From the NCBI GenBank assembly GCA_030754595.1, contig JASLZZ010000119.1, positions 1-36,828 of the forward strand: a stretch of 36,828 nucleotides of DNA, read 5' to 3'. This document shows, piece by piece, positions 17,416 to 26,904 of this stretch. The stretch is from Nitrospinota bacterium (GTDB taxonomy: Bacteria; UBA8248). Position numbers and translations under genes: made by a program. The notes under the pieces are model-generated. The model ran no database searches, had not been told where the DNA came from, and was given only the letters and a program-made list of their open reading frames with translations. The first letter of the stretch is position 1. Each line of letters starts with the position of its first letter.

Positions 17416-18635
17416 TATTGTTTCCCCCTCACGCCGACCCAGCGGACATCGTTGTCGGCCTTTCCGCTATTCGCAATGGAGATAACTTCGTCGACCATGG
17501 ACGTGACATCCTCCAGGAGCACTTCCCGGCCGCCGAGGCCGCAGATGAACCCCTTCATGTGAGGTTGACTGTCGGCGCCGTAGAGGGCCGCCTTCACCTC
17601 GTTGAAGAGAATGCCGCCGTGGTAGGGCGAGCCGAACGAATAGTCGCGGTCGATGACGCCCACCGCCTTGAAGCGGGAGAGCGAAGCCCTGAGCTCATCG
17701 GTCGGGAACGGGCGCACCCACTTGAGGCGGACCATTCCGACTTTCTTCCCGGCCTTGCGCATCTCACGGATAGCCACCTTCACCGGCAGGGCCAGCGTGC
17801 CCATCCCGACGAGAACGACATCGGCATCCTCGGTCATGTACTCCTCGAGGAAAGGGTTAACATCTTCGCCGAAAATGCGACTGAAGTCCTTGTAGACCTC
17901 TTTCATCACAGTGTAGGCATTCTTGCCTGCCTCGCTGCTCTGCCGCCGGACTTCCATCAACCAGTCCTCGTTCGCCTGAGGCGCGATCGTTATGGGGTTG
18001 TCCGGGTGGAGGAGAAGATCGCCCCGGTCATAGGGCGGCAGGAATTCGTTCACCTGCTCCTGGCTCGGAACTGTCACCGTCGCCTGGCTATGGGTGAGGA
18101 AGGCGCCGTCCATCGCGATGGCGCAGGGCAGGAACACCCGCGGATCCTCGGCCACGCGGTAGGACATGAGGCCCAGCTCGACCACTTCCTGGGCAGTGGA
18201 GGGGAAGTTGATCATCCACCCCAGGTCGCGCACGAGTAGCGCGTCGTTGTGCTCGGTGCCGAAGGCGCCCGGGTCGTCGAGCGCCCGACAGCCCACCAGC
18301 GCCACCATCGGAAGCCGAAGGCCGGCGGTCACCGCGAGCGGCTCCATCGCGTAGAGCCAGCCCACGCCGCTCGAACCTGTGAACACCCGCGCTCCGCAGG
18401 CCGAGGCGTGCTTGACGACCTCGAACTGGCCGTGTTCGCTTTCGGCCGGAATATAGTCGGCGTCAAAATCGCCGTTCGCGATCATTTTCGAGACGAACTG
18501 CATCACCGTGTCATAGGGGCGGATGGGATAGGCGGTGAGAACATCCACATCGGCCAGACGGCAGATGTGGGCCATCACCTCGCTCCCCGTTAGAAGCTCT
18601 ACCCCAGCCCCTTTCTGCTCTACTGCTGTCGCCAT
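17415..18635 (-). CDS. 2-oxoacid:ferredoxin oxidoreductase alpha subunit, oxalate oxidoreductase-like
   Basis: RLADVDVLTAYPIRPY (YPIRP rather than YPITP), ESEH, ARVFTGSSGVG, RPFP, GLGGRE. Confidence 0.92.
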   Translation of the reverse strand: MATAVEQKGAGVELLTGSEVMAHICRLADVDVLTAYPIRPYDTVMQFVSKMIANGDFDADYIPAESEHGQFEVVKHASACGARVFTGSSGVGWLYAMEPLAVTAGLRLPMVALVGCRALDDPGAFGTEHNDALLVRDLGWMINFPSTAQEVVELGLMSYRVAEDPRVFLPCAIAMDGAFLTHSQATVTVPSQEQVNEFLPPYDRGDLLLHPDNPITIAPQANEDWLMEVRRQSSEAGKNAYTVMKEVYKDFSRIFGEDVNPFLEEYMTEDADVVLVGMGTLALPVKVAIREMRKAGKKVGMVRLKWVRPFPTDELRASLSRFKAVGVIDRDYSFGSPYHGGILFNEVKAALYGADSQPHMKGFICGLGGREVLLEDVTSMVDEVISIANSGKADNDVRWVGVRGKQ

Positions 18636-18649
18636 CTTTTCAGCTCCTA

Positions 18650-19837
18650 TTAGAGTTCTTTCAGGGATTTGGTGGAAAAGGTCTTGTCGTTATGTCCGCC
18701 CTCGAGACCCAGGCCCGAGAAAGCGCCGGCAAGCCCGGTGATCGGGTGGCGATTCTCCACCTTGCCCGCCGAGAGTTTGTCTTCAACGTATTTGCCGAAA
18801 GCGTCCTTATCGTTGGTCCACATCTGATACTGGCTGTCCCTGTCCTCGAAAGCGGTTTCGTAGGCCATCTGAAGGCATTCAGGAACCGGACAAATGGCCT
18901 CGCAGACCCCGCAGCCGATGCAGGCTTCCATGTTCGGATCGAAGTAGCCGTCCGGCGTCACGTCGAAGGCACTGTCCGGGCAAGCGACCCAGCAGAGGGT
19001 GCACTTCGTGCACTTGTCGAACTGGAGCACCGGCCGCATCGAGCGGGTGGACCATTTCTTGAAATACGGGTTCCGGCCCGGAACATACCCGTCCTTCGAG
19101 TCGCCGTAGCCGTTGTGGCCGCCCACGGCGTCGATGACGACGCCCGGCCGCATGGAGTCCCAGCCGAGCAGCTCGAAGGTGAAGGGAACCTCGGTGTTGC
19201 CCTCGCCTGCCTTGACTTCGTCGGAGCGCGCATCCTCGAAGCTCGCCCGCGCGGCCTCGACGTGATGATCGCCGCCGACGTTTTCGCGGATGGCGGCCTC
19301 AAGAGAAGCCACCGAGCAAATCTCGGGGCAGGCCTTGAGGGCCGCGCCGAGACAGCGAGCGTCGGTGCCGTCGTCCTTGTAGACAAAAAGGCCGGCGAAG
19401 CTGGCGCCGCCCTTGAGGATGGACAGCTTGTAGGGCGTGTCTCTCCGGTGCATCTGCTTGACGAGAGCCTCGGACGAGTTGTTCGAGGTCATGATAAGCG
19501 TACCGCCCGGCTTCGTCACAGCGTTGAGCGGTTGCAGCCCGGTCCAGGCCCACGACTCGAGCCCCTGGGTCAAGGTGTCGTCCGCGCAGATGGAGACATC
19601 GACCTGCTTGGGTTCGTACTGCGCGGCGATCTCCTCGAGCTCCTCCGGCGTGTCAGTGATATAGCCGAACTGCTTCGCCGGAATGCCGTTGCGCTCGGGC
19701 GAGTCGCTGTAGCGTCCGAACGAGACGCCGTGCTTGCCTTCCTTGACGGCCGCCAGGATCATGGTCCGGCTAATCTTTTGCGCGAGCTGCCTTTGAAAAA
19801 CTCCTCTGTAAATCACCTCGAAAGAAACTATGCCCAC
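18650..19837 (-). CDS. Fused gamma-delta (ferredoxin) subunit, oxalate oxidoreductase delta-like
   Basis: Two 4Fe-4S motifs CTKCTLCWVACP and CIGCGVCEAICP after a gamma-like domain; GTG start at 19837 follows GGAGG. Confidence 0.88.
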   Translation of the reverse strand: MGIVSFEVIYRGVFQRQLAQKISRTMILAAVKEGKHGVSFGRYSDSPERNGIPAKQFGYITDTPEELEEIAAQYEPKQVDVSICADDTLTQGLESWAWTGLQPLNAVTKPGGTLIMTSNNSSEALVKQMHRRDTPYKLSILKGGASFAGLFVYKDDGTDARCLGAALKACPEICSVASLEAAIRENVGGDHHVEAARASFEDARSDEVKAGEGNTEVPFTFELLGWDSMRPGVVIDAVGGHNGYGDSKDGYVPGRNPYFKKWSTRSMRPVLQFDKCTKCTLCWVACPDSAFDVTPDGYFDPNMEACIGCGVCEAICPVPECLQMAYETAFEDRDSQYQMWTNDKDAFGKYVEDKLSAGKVENRHPITGLAGAFSGLGLEGGHNDKTFSTKSLKEL

Positions 19838-20013
19838 ACCATTTACCTCCCGAATCCGATTAGGAGTTTCACGGTAGCCGGCCAAAAGTCAGGCCGGCAG
19901 AAAAAAAACAACCTCAAACAGAAATACCCGCCGAAGGTCCGGCGGAACGATCGAAACCGCCTATCGCCTCGTCCCCTAGTTCCCCTCCCTCGTTAGAAAT
20001 GAAGCGCAGTTCG

Positions 20014-20727
20014 TTAATTTATGGCCGACTCGGAATTCATTTCCCCGCCCTCGATTTCGAGCAGGTGACTGATCATGTTCGCCACGGCGTCTTGCTCCCG
20101 GCCGTTTTTCACGGCATCGAGAATCTTCAGATGCGTCTCGTGAGACCGGATGCGGTCGCTTATCCTGCGGACCGAGCGCTCCCTGAGCTCGCGGAGCGAG
20201 GCCAACAAGGTGCCGAGTAGTTTTTCGAGAAACTCGTTCTTGGCCGCCCCGGCGAGAGCCATGTGGAACTGGGTGTCCTCCTCGATGCCGCTTCCACCGG
20301 TATCCACCGCTTTTCGCTGCCGCACGAGAATCCGGTCAAGCTCCCTAAGCTCGTCGGTGCCAGCCCGCTCGGCCGCGAGGGCGGCGATCTGGGGCTCGAG
20401 AACCCGCCGGGCCTCGAAGAGGTGGTGGACCCCGCTCTCCTCCTCGGAGATTCGCGCCGAAAGGACCGGGACCAGCGAATCGGGGGTGGCGATAATGAAT
20501 GTCCCCTCGCCCTGTCGGGTTACCACCAGGTTGGCCGACTCAAGCGCCCGCGTCGCCTCGCGGACCGAATTTCTCCCAACAGCGAAGCGCTCGCCCAACT
20601 CGCGTTCGGAGGGGAGTTTGTCCCCGACCTTGAGGTCGCCGCTCAGGATCAGCGAGGTGATCTGGGAGACGATCTCCTCGTAGACTCTGACTCTTCGAAC
20701 GGCCTGGAGCTGGGGCTCAATTGCCAA
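20014..20727 (-). CDS. GntR family regulator, FadR subfamily
   Basis: GDKLPSERELGERFAVGRNSVREA HTH, RQGEGTFI wing, FCD domain EDTQFHMALA. Confidence 0.93.
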   Translation of the reverse strand: MAIEPQLQAVRRVRVYEEIVSQITSLILSGDLKVGDKLPSERELGERFAVGRNSVREATRALESANLVVTRQGEGTFIIATPDSLVPVLSARISEEESGVHHLFEARRVLEPQIAALAAERAGTDELRELDRILVRQRKAVDTGGSGIEEDTQFHMALAGAAKNEFLEKLLGTLLASLRELRERSVRRISDRIRSHETHLKILDAVKNGREQDAVANMISHLLEIEGGEMNSESAIN

Positions 20728-20769
20728 GTAAATTCTCTCCGCGGCGGAGCATATTATCTAATTATGAAT

Positions 20770-20804
20770 TTGTAGGATTATGATGTTATGGAGTCATCCT
20801 ACAA
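20770..20804. promoter_or_regulatory. Inverted repeat, candidate operator
   Basis: TTGTAGGAT (20770-20778) and ATCCTACAA (20796-20804), immediately downstream of the predicted minus-strand promoter. Confidence 0.5.
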
Positions 20805-20812
20805 GCAAGGGA

Positions 20813-20841
20813 AACCTAACAATCACGGTATGCCGTGTCAA
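20813..20841 (-). promoter_or_regulatory. Sigma-70-type promoter for the gntR-oxidoreductase genes
   Basis: Minus strand TTGACA-17 nt-TAGGTT with an extended -10 TG. Confidence 0.6.
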
Positions 20842-21084
20842 GGACTTCAGAGTAATAATTCTCTTTGCCGGGGAACAGATGGGACGAGAAAATGCATGAA
20901 TATATTCTATTATATATTTGTTATATCGTAACTTATAAAATTATAATGCGCACTTCCTCTTACCCTTGCGCCATGCTAAAATAAAAAATAATCGGACCCG
21001 CTCCCTTCGAACACAGGCGCGCCCTTCCGGTGATTATTGAAATCGAAATTTATCGAGATCGAAATTTTCCCCTAGGAGAGACGA

Positions 21085-22299
21085 TTGAACCGCGGACGGC
21101 TCCTTGCTCTAATAACCACCGGACACGCCGCCGAGCACTGGTATCTGGGCATTTTCGGGCCCGTCCTCCCGTTTCTCGTCAAGGATCTGAACATCTCCCT
21201 CACCGAGGTGGGAATTCTTTATACCGGCCGCTCGGTGTTCAGCGCACTCTCGAGCGCGAGCACAGGCTACGCCATCGACCGGCTTGGGGGCGGAAAATGG
21301 GTACTGGTTGTTTGCCTCGCCGGAATCGCCATTTTCTATGGCGGAATGAGCATGGCATCGGGCCTGATTTCTTTAATTCCCCTCTTCTGGCTCAGCGGGT
21401 TGTTTTCCCATTTATGGCATCCGCCCTCGATGGGCCTCCTTGGCGAGCGATTCACCGACAGGAGGGGGTTCGCCCTGGGCCTTCATGGCACGGGGGCGAA
21501 TATCAGCCAGACTCTCGCTCCCTTGGCGGCGGGATACCTCCTTCTCATCATGGATTGGCGCGCCACTCTCCTCGTCAACATGACGCCGCTGATGCTGGCC
21601 GCCCTCTTGCTAGGAGTACTTCTTCCGCCTTTCAGCCTGAAACAAACCCAACCGCAGGGCCCTGGAGTTCCCCGGCGGACGCACTTCTCCCTCCTGAAAG
21701 ACCCAGCGTTCGGCGCCACGGCATTGATTGCCGGAGCCCTGACCATCGGCCACCATGGCCTCATTATTTTTCTTCCTATACTTTTGATGAAAAAACATGC
21801 TGCGGGCCCCGAGTGGATTGGTCTATGTCTCGGTTTATATGCGGCATCCGCCATTATTCCCGAAGCCATTGTCGGTTATGTTTCGGACCGCATTTCGAGG
21901 AAATTCGTTTTGATTTTCGGCCTGACGGTGGGAGGGCTCTCTCTGGTGGCCATACCCGCCGCCGCACACGGCTCCCTGATCATTCTTCCTCTGGTAATCT
22001 TGGGGGTTTTTCTCCGCTCTCTCCGGCCTGTCATTTTTGCCCATGCGTTGGATACTTCTCCTCCACACCTCAAAGCGAGCACCGTTGGCTTCCTATTCAC
22101 AACAAATCAATGTTTTACGGCAACCGGCCCCCTGCTCGCGGGAATGCTGTCTGATTATTACGGAGTAGATGCCGCCCTCTGGTTTTTTGGCGGGCTCACA
22201 CTTGGCATTCTTCCATTGTTTGCTTTTCTTCCGAATTTCTCCGAAAAATCCAAGAAACGCTCTGTCGCCGTCGACGAGGGCGATTCCATGACGCTGTAA
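21085..22299 (+). CDS. MFS transporter
   Basis: About 12 hydrophobic helices; GYAIDRLGG and GYVSDRISRK loop motifs; WHPPSM; RGFALGLHG; TTG start after AGGAG. Confidence 0.92.
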   Translation: MNRGRLLALITTGHAAEHWYLGIFGPVLPFLVKDLNISLTEVGILYTGRSVFSALSSASTGYAIDRLGGGKWVLVVCLAGIAIFYGGMSMASGLISLIPLFWLSGLFSHLWHPPSMGLLGERFTDRRGFALGLHGTGANISQTLAPLAAGYLLLIMDWRATLLVNMTPLMLAALLLGVLLPPFSLKQTQPQGPGVPRRTHFSLLKDPAFGATALIAGALTIGHHGLIIFLPILLMKKHAAGPEWIGLCLGLYAASAIIPEAIVGYVSDRISRKFVLIFGLTVGGLSLVAIPAAAHGSLIILPLVILGVFLRSLRPVIFAHALDTSPPHLKASTVGFLFTTNQCFTATGPLLAGMLSDYYGVDAALWFFGGLTLGILPLFAFLPNFSEKSKKRSVAVDEGDSMTL

Positions 22300-22321
22300 C
22301 CCCTGCCGGGAGACTCGCCTC

Positions 22322-25300
22322 ATGCGCATATCCATTCACGAACACCCCGGCTTCCACCATCTCGAGCGGCTTCTCTCCGGTGGAATGCCCACTCCTCAAG
22401 CCGCCGATCTGCTCTCCTCCCTTGGCGTCAACAATCAAGAACAAGCCGCACGAAGCCTTCAGTCCCTGGCGCTTCACCCCTCGTTTCCCCGCGGGGACAA
22501 CGCTTTTCTTGGCCAATTTCTTGAATCCATTGGTGAAACTTTCGAACCCGAGCGAGCGATGGCCAATCTTGAGCGTATTCTCGAATCAAGGGAAAATCCA
22601 GACGCCCTACTTTCGGCGCTAAGGCGATCAAGCGAACGCCGCTCAATTGTCCTCACTCTCGCAGGCGGAAGTCAGTTTCTCTCGGACACCATCCTTCGCC
22701 ATCCGGAATATCTCGACTGGCTTCTCAAGCCAATGACCCTCCGGAAGGAGCGCACCTTCGAGAAGATATTCCTTGAGTTATGGCGCTGGGTTCGAGAGGC
22801 GAGGGAGCACCCCGGCGGTCCCGCCGACGCCCTGAGGCGGTTCCGGCAACGCGAATATCTCCGCATCGGCATCCGAGACCTCCTCAGGATGGCTTCCACG
22901 GAAGAAACCACGTTGTCCCTTTCCAATCTGGCGGATGCCACCCTTGAAGCCGCACTACGAATTTCCCAGAGCGAACTTCATGCGCAATACGGAAAACCTC
23001 GGTGGCGGACTCCAAATGGCCGCTGGTCCTCCTGCGATTTCGCCATTATAGGAATGGGGAAACTTGGCGGGAGAGAACTTAATTTCAGCTCGGACATCGA
23101 TCTCATATTCGTCTATTCCTCGGATGAGGGAAAAACCCGGGGAATTCCCGGTTCCTACACCGGGAGGCGAAGAGGACAAATCTCCAGCCATGAATTTTAC
23201 GTGCGCCTCTCTCGGCGGGTCATCCAGTTGATGGCGGAAAACACCGAGGAAGGCCTCGTTTTTCGGGTTGACACGCGTCTTCGTCCAGAGGGCTCCCAGG
23301 GCGCATTGGCATACTCCTTGAGAAGTTGCGAGATCTATTACGAATCCTGGGGAGAAACATGGGAGCGGCAGGCCTTGATCAAGGCACGCCATTGCGCGGG
23401 CGACAACGCTCTGGGCCGAAAATTCCTGGAGATGACCCGGCCATTCATTTACCGAAGAACCCTGGACGTAAGTGCTCTAGATGAAATCGCCCGAATCAAG
23501 GACAGGATCAACAGAAAATTGGCCTCCAGCGGACAATCCGCTCTGAATATCAAACTCGGGGAGGGCGGCATCCGCGAAATTGAATTCATCATCCAGTCCT
23601 TTCAGCTCATTTATGGCGGAAAAGAACCCTTTCTTCGGAAACAGAACTCTCTCCAGGCCCTCTCGGCCATCAAAGAGGTTGGGCTATTACCCATAATCGA
23701 CTGCGATGATCTGGCCGAAGCCTATACTTTTCTTCGGGATGTGGAGCATCGCGTTCAAGTCACTCATGGCCTTCAAACACACGATCTTCCTGAAGACAGG
23801 CACGGGTTGACTGTCCTCGCCCGAAAAATGGGCTTCGTGCCCAATGAAGCCGGCGAAAAAGAAAAATTCGAAGACGCCTTGAAAGGTTATCGGGGAATCT
23901 CATCCCGAATTTTCGACGATCTCTTCCGCCGCCAGGATAAAAACACCACTTCCGAAGAGGACACGGAACGAATCGGTGCGAAAGAGCTGTTGAGCGCCAA
24001 GACTTTGGAGGATTCCCTCTCGCCCGCCGATCTGGCCCCCTATAATTTTGCGGACCCCGATTCAGCAAGTTCGCTTCTTCGCCTTATGCGCAACGGGGAG
24101 CAGTTTCAACATGTCAGCGCCCGGGCAAAGCGCACATTTGACGAACTCCTGCCCCGCCTGCTCTACATCACCCTCGATCTCCCCGATCCGGATAGCGCTG
24201 TGGCCAACCTGTTTCGTTTTGTGGAAGCCGGCGGTGGAAGGGAAGCGGTGTTCTCTCTCATAAGCGAATCCGATCGCGTATTCGAAGCTCTGCTTCAGCT
24301 ATTTGGAACCAGCGATTATTTGTCCGACGTTCTTATCCACCGCCCTGACGTTTTCGAAACAATCATCCAGTCCGGAGCCTTGACCCAGTCAAAACCACAA
24401 GAAGAAATGATTTCGGAATTCCGCTCTGTCGTTCATGGAATTTCTACGGCCGAATCCCGGTTCAGTGCTCTCGCCGACGCAAAACGGGATGAAGAATTCA
24501 CCATCGGCATACGGAGCATTCTTGGAGAAGCCGATATACTTGTGACTGTTTCAGACCTGACCCGTCTCGCGGACACCGTTTTGAAAATCGGGCTCTCAAT
24601 CGCGCAAGAGGAGTTGAATAACCTTTACGGAGCCTCACGCTCAGATGACGGCCCCCCAGGATTCGCTGTCATCGGTTTGGGCAAGCTTGGAAGTTTTGAG
24701 ATGAATTTCGGATCCGATCTGGATTTAATCTTCGTGTACGACGACTCAAAAGGAGAAACGGCTGGTCTCTTTGAAGAAAAACCATCGAAGCGAGACGCCA
24801 TCCCGAACATCGATTACTTTTTCAAGCTAGGCACTTTACTGAGAGACGGCCTCGCTTCTCCTCAGGTCGGTGAACGCATTTACGAAATAGACTTGCGCCT
24901 ACGGCCCGGGGGACAAAAGGGCTCTTTTGTCACCCCTCTTGAACAAATGAAAATTTATCTTACGGAACGGGCGGAAAACTGGGAGCGGCAAGCCTTTTGC
25001 CGCGCCCGTTTTATAGCCGGAACGCCCGAGATTGGCGAAGCGTTCATGAGGCTTGCCAGCAATTTCGTTTACGAAACTCCCGTGCCTAACGATTTTGCCG
25101 AGCAGGTCGATCATATGCGCAAGCGCATGGAGCTCGAACTGGCCCGAGAAGCCGAGGAGAATATCGACATCAAGCTGGGCGCGGGCGGAATCGCGGACAT
25201 AGAATTTACTGTACAGTATCTCCAAATCTTGAACGGCGGAAGGAATCCCTCGCTTCGACGGCCGGATTCCGCAGGGGTGATCCAAGCCCTACAGAAATCC

Positions 25301-25582
25301 GGGTTGATTTCGAAAAAAAACGGAGACGACCTTTTGGAAGCCTACCGTTTTCTCCGCCTCGTGGAAAATCGACTGCGAATCGCCAACGCGCAATCTATCC
25401 ATGCCCTCCCAAAGACCCCGGCGGAAATGGAAATTCTCGCCCGGCGCATCGGCTATGAGGATAATGTCGAAGGAAGCAGCAGAGCCAAACTCCTGTCCGA
25501 CTACGAGAGGCTTACCCTACGCGTGAGGGAAATCTACAATGAAATTGTACGTGGAGCAGACGAAGTCCCCAGGGAAAAGTAG
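22322..25582 (+). CDS. glnE: Bifunctional glutamine synthetase adenylyltransferase/adenylyl-removing enzyme
   Basis: Two nucleotidyltransferase domains: GMGKLGGRELNFSSDIDLIF, RVDTRLRPEG, WERQALIKAR, IKLGEGGIREIEF; and GLGKLGSFEMNFGSDLDLIF, IDLRLRPGG, IKLGAGGIADIEF. Confidence 0.96.
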   Translation: MRISIHEHPGFHHLERLLSGGMPTPQAADLLSSLGVNNQEQAARSLQSLALHPSFPRGDNAFLGQFLESIGETFEPERAMANLERILESRENPDALLSALRRSSERRSIVLTLAGGSQFLSDTILRHPEYLDWLLKPMTLRKERTFEKIFLELWRWVREAREHPGGPADALRRFRQREYLRIGIRDLLRMASTEETTLSLSNLADATLEAALRISQSELHAQYGKPRWRTPNGRWSSCDFAIIGMGKLGGRELNFSSDIDLIFVYSSDEGKTRGIPGSYTGRRRGQISSHEFYVRLSRRVIQLMAENTEEGLVFRVDTRLRPEGSQGALAYSLRSCEIYYESWGETWERQALIKARHCAGDNALGRKFLEMTRPFIYRRTLDVSALDEIARIKDRINRKLASSGQSALNIKLGEGGIREIEFIIQSFQLIYGGKEPFLRKQNSLQALSAIKEVGLLPIIDCDDLAEAYTFLRDVEHRVQVTHGLQTHDLPEDRHGLTVLARKMGFVPNEAGEKEKFEDALKGYRGISSRIFDDLFRRQDKNTTSEEDTERIGAKELLSAKTLEDSLSPADLAPYNFADPDSASSLLRLMRNGEQFQHVSARAKRTFDELLPRLLYITLDLPDPDSAVANLFRFVEAGGGREAVFSLISESDRVFEALLQLFGTSDYLSDVLIHRPDVFETIIQSGALTQSKPQEEMISEFRSVVHGISTAESRFSALADAKRDEEFTIGIRSILGEADILVTVSDLTRLADTVLKIGLSIAQEELNNLYGASRSDDGPPGFAVIGLGKLGSFEMNFGSDLDLIFVYDDSKGETAGLFEEKPSKRDAIPNIDYFFKLGTLLRDGLASPQVGERIYEIDLRLRPGGQKGSFVTPLEQMKIYLTERAENWERQAFCRARFIAGTPEIGEAFMRLASNFVYETPVPNDFAEQVDHMRKRMELELAREAEENIDIKLGAGGIADIEFTVQYLQILNGGRNPSLRRPDSAGVIQALQKSGLISKKNGDDLLEAYRFLRLVENRLRIANAQSIHALPKTPAEMEILARRIGYEDNVEGSSRAKLLSDYERLTLRVREIYNEIVRGADEVPREK

Positions 25583-25640
25583 AACATTTCCTGCGTCTTA
25601 ATTTTTCGAAACCATGGCTTTTTTTATACCGAGGGTTCAG

Positions 25641-26867
25641 TTGAAAATTGACGCCTCCCGTCTTCAAACGAGCATGGAAGAAATGGCCCGCATCGGCGCC
25701 ACCGCGGGTGGTGGCGTTCACCGCCTTACCCTATCCGACTCCGACAAGAACGCGCGCGACCTATTTGCTTCATGGGTGAAAAGCGCGGGTCTTTCCCTTA
25801 GTGTGGACGAAATGGGAAACATGTTTGCCCGGCGGGAGGGCTCCGACGATTTGGCCACTCCCGTCATGGTCGGAAGTCACTTCGATTCGGTTCCCAACGG
25901 TGGGCGATTCGACGGCTCCCTCGGAGTGCTGGCGGCCCTGGAGATTGTCAGAACCTTAAATGATCGGGAAATTGCCACCCACCGGCCCATAGAAATCGTA
26001 AACTGGACGAATGAGGAAGGTCCTCGATTTCCTCCGTCGATGCTGGGAAGCGGCGTTTTTGCCGGTGCTTTTGAGCGAGATTTCGCTTACGAGGTCCGCG
26101 ACACTGACGGGATGAGATTCGTCGATGAACTTGAGCGAATCGGCTACCGGGGAAAACTACCCTGCCAGCCACGTCCCTTGGCGGGCTACCTGGAACTTCA
26201 CGTCGAACAGGGTCCGGCGCTGTTCACGAGCGGGATCCAAATTGGAATTGTCGAGGGAATTAGAGGCCTCACCTGGCTTCGGATTACGATGAAAGGGGTC
26301 CGGGACCATGCCGGCCCCACCCCAATGCACATGCGAAAAGACGCCTTGGTCGGAGCGGCCCGGGCCATTTCGGCCATCCGGGATATTCCCGGAAACCTAG
26401 GCTCCGATCTTGTTACTACGGTTGGAGAGATTTCCGTCTCCCCCAATGCCATCAATGTCATTCCCGAACTGGTCACTTTTTCCGTCGATTTTCGCCACCG
26501 TGCTGAAAATATTCTCACTCGAGCGCATCAAGCCGTTGTCGAAGTCTCCGTGAACGCCGCCAAACAAGAAGGCCTTGAAATAGAAGTAACCCCCCTGGGA
26601 GGCTCAACTCCCATGGCGTTTGACTCCGGCGTCATCGGAACCATCGAAGAGACCTGCCTCGATAAAGGATATTCTCATCGGCGCCTCTGGAGCGCGGCGG
26701 GCCATGACGCCCGCTACGCGGCTGATCTTTGTCCCACCGCGATGATTTTTGCTCCGAGCGTGAACGGAAAAAGTCATGCCGAGGACGAACTAACGCTGTG
26801 GGAAGATGTCACCCGAAGTTGCGAGATATTGGGTGGCGCTCTTGTTTCGCTGGCAAATCAACCCTAG
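25641..26867 (+). CDS. M20 Zn-dependent amidohydrolase (allantoate / N-carbamoyl-L-amino acid amidohydrolase family)
   Basis: GSHFDSVPNGGRFDG, WTNEEG, ELHVEQGP, DHAGPTPM, SAAGHDA, GKSH. TTG at 25641 chosen from the GAGG RBS; ATG at 25614 is an alternative. Confidence 0.92.
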   Translation: MKIDASRLQTSMEEMARIGATAGGGVHRLTLSDSDKNARDLFASWVKSAGLSLSVDEMGNMFARREGSDDLATPVMVGSHFDSVPNGGRFDGSLGVLAALEIVRTLNDREIATHRPIEIVNWTNEEGPRFPPSMLGSGVFAGAFERDFAYEVRDTDGMRFVDELERIGYRGKLPCQPRPLAGYLELHVEQGPALFTSGIQIGIVEGIRGLTWLRITMKGVRDHAGPTPMHMRKDALVGAARAISAIRDIPGNLGSDLVTTVGEISVSPNAINVIPELVTFSVDFRHRAENILTRAHQAVVEVSVNAAKQEGLEIEVTPLGGSTPMAFDSGVIGTIEETCLDKGYSHRRLWSAAGHDARYAADLCPTAMIFAPSVNGKSHAEDELTLWEDVTRSCEILGGALVSLANQP

Positions 26868-26904
26868 GAAACTTTTTCTTAAAAGTTGGAGGAAAATTTC
26901 GATC

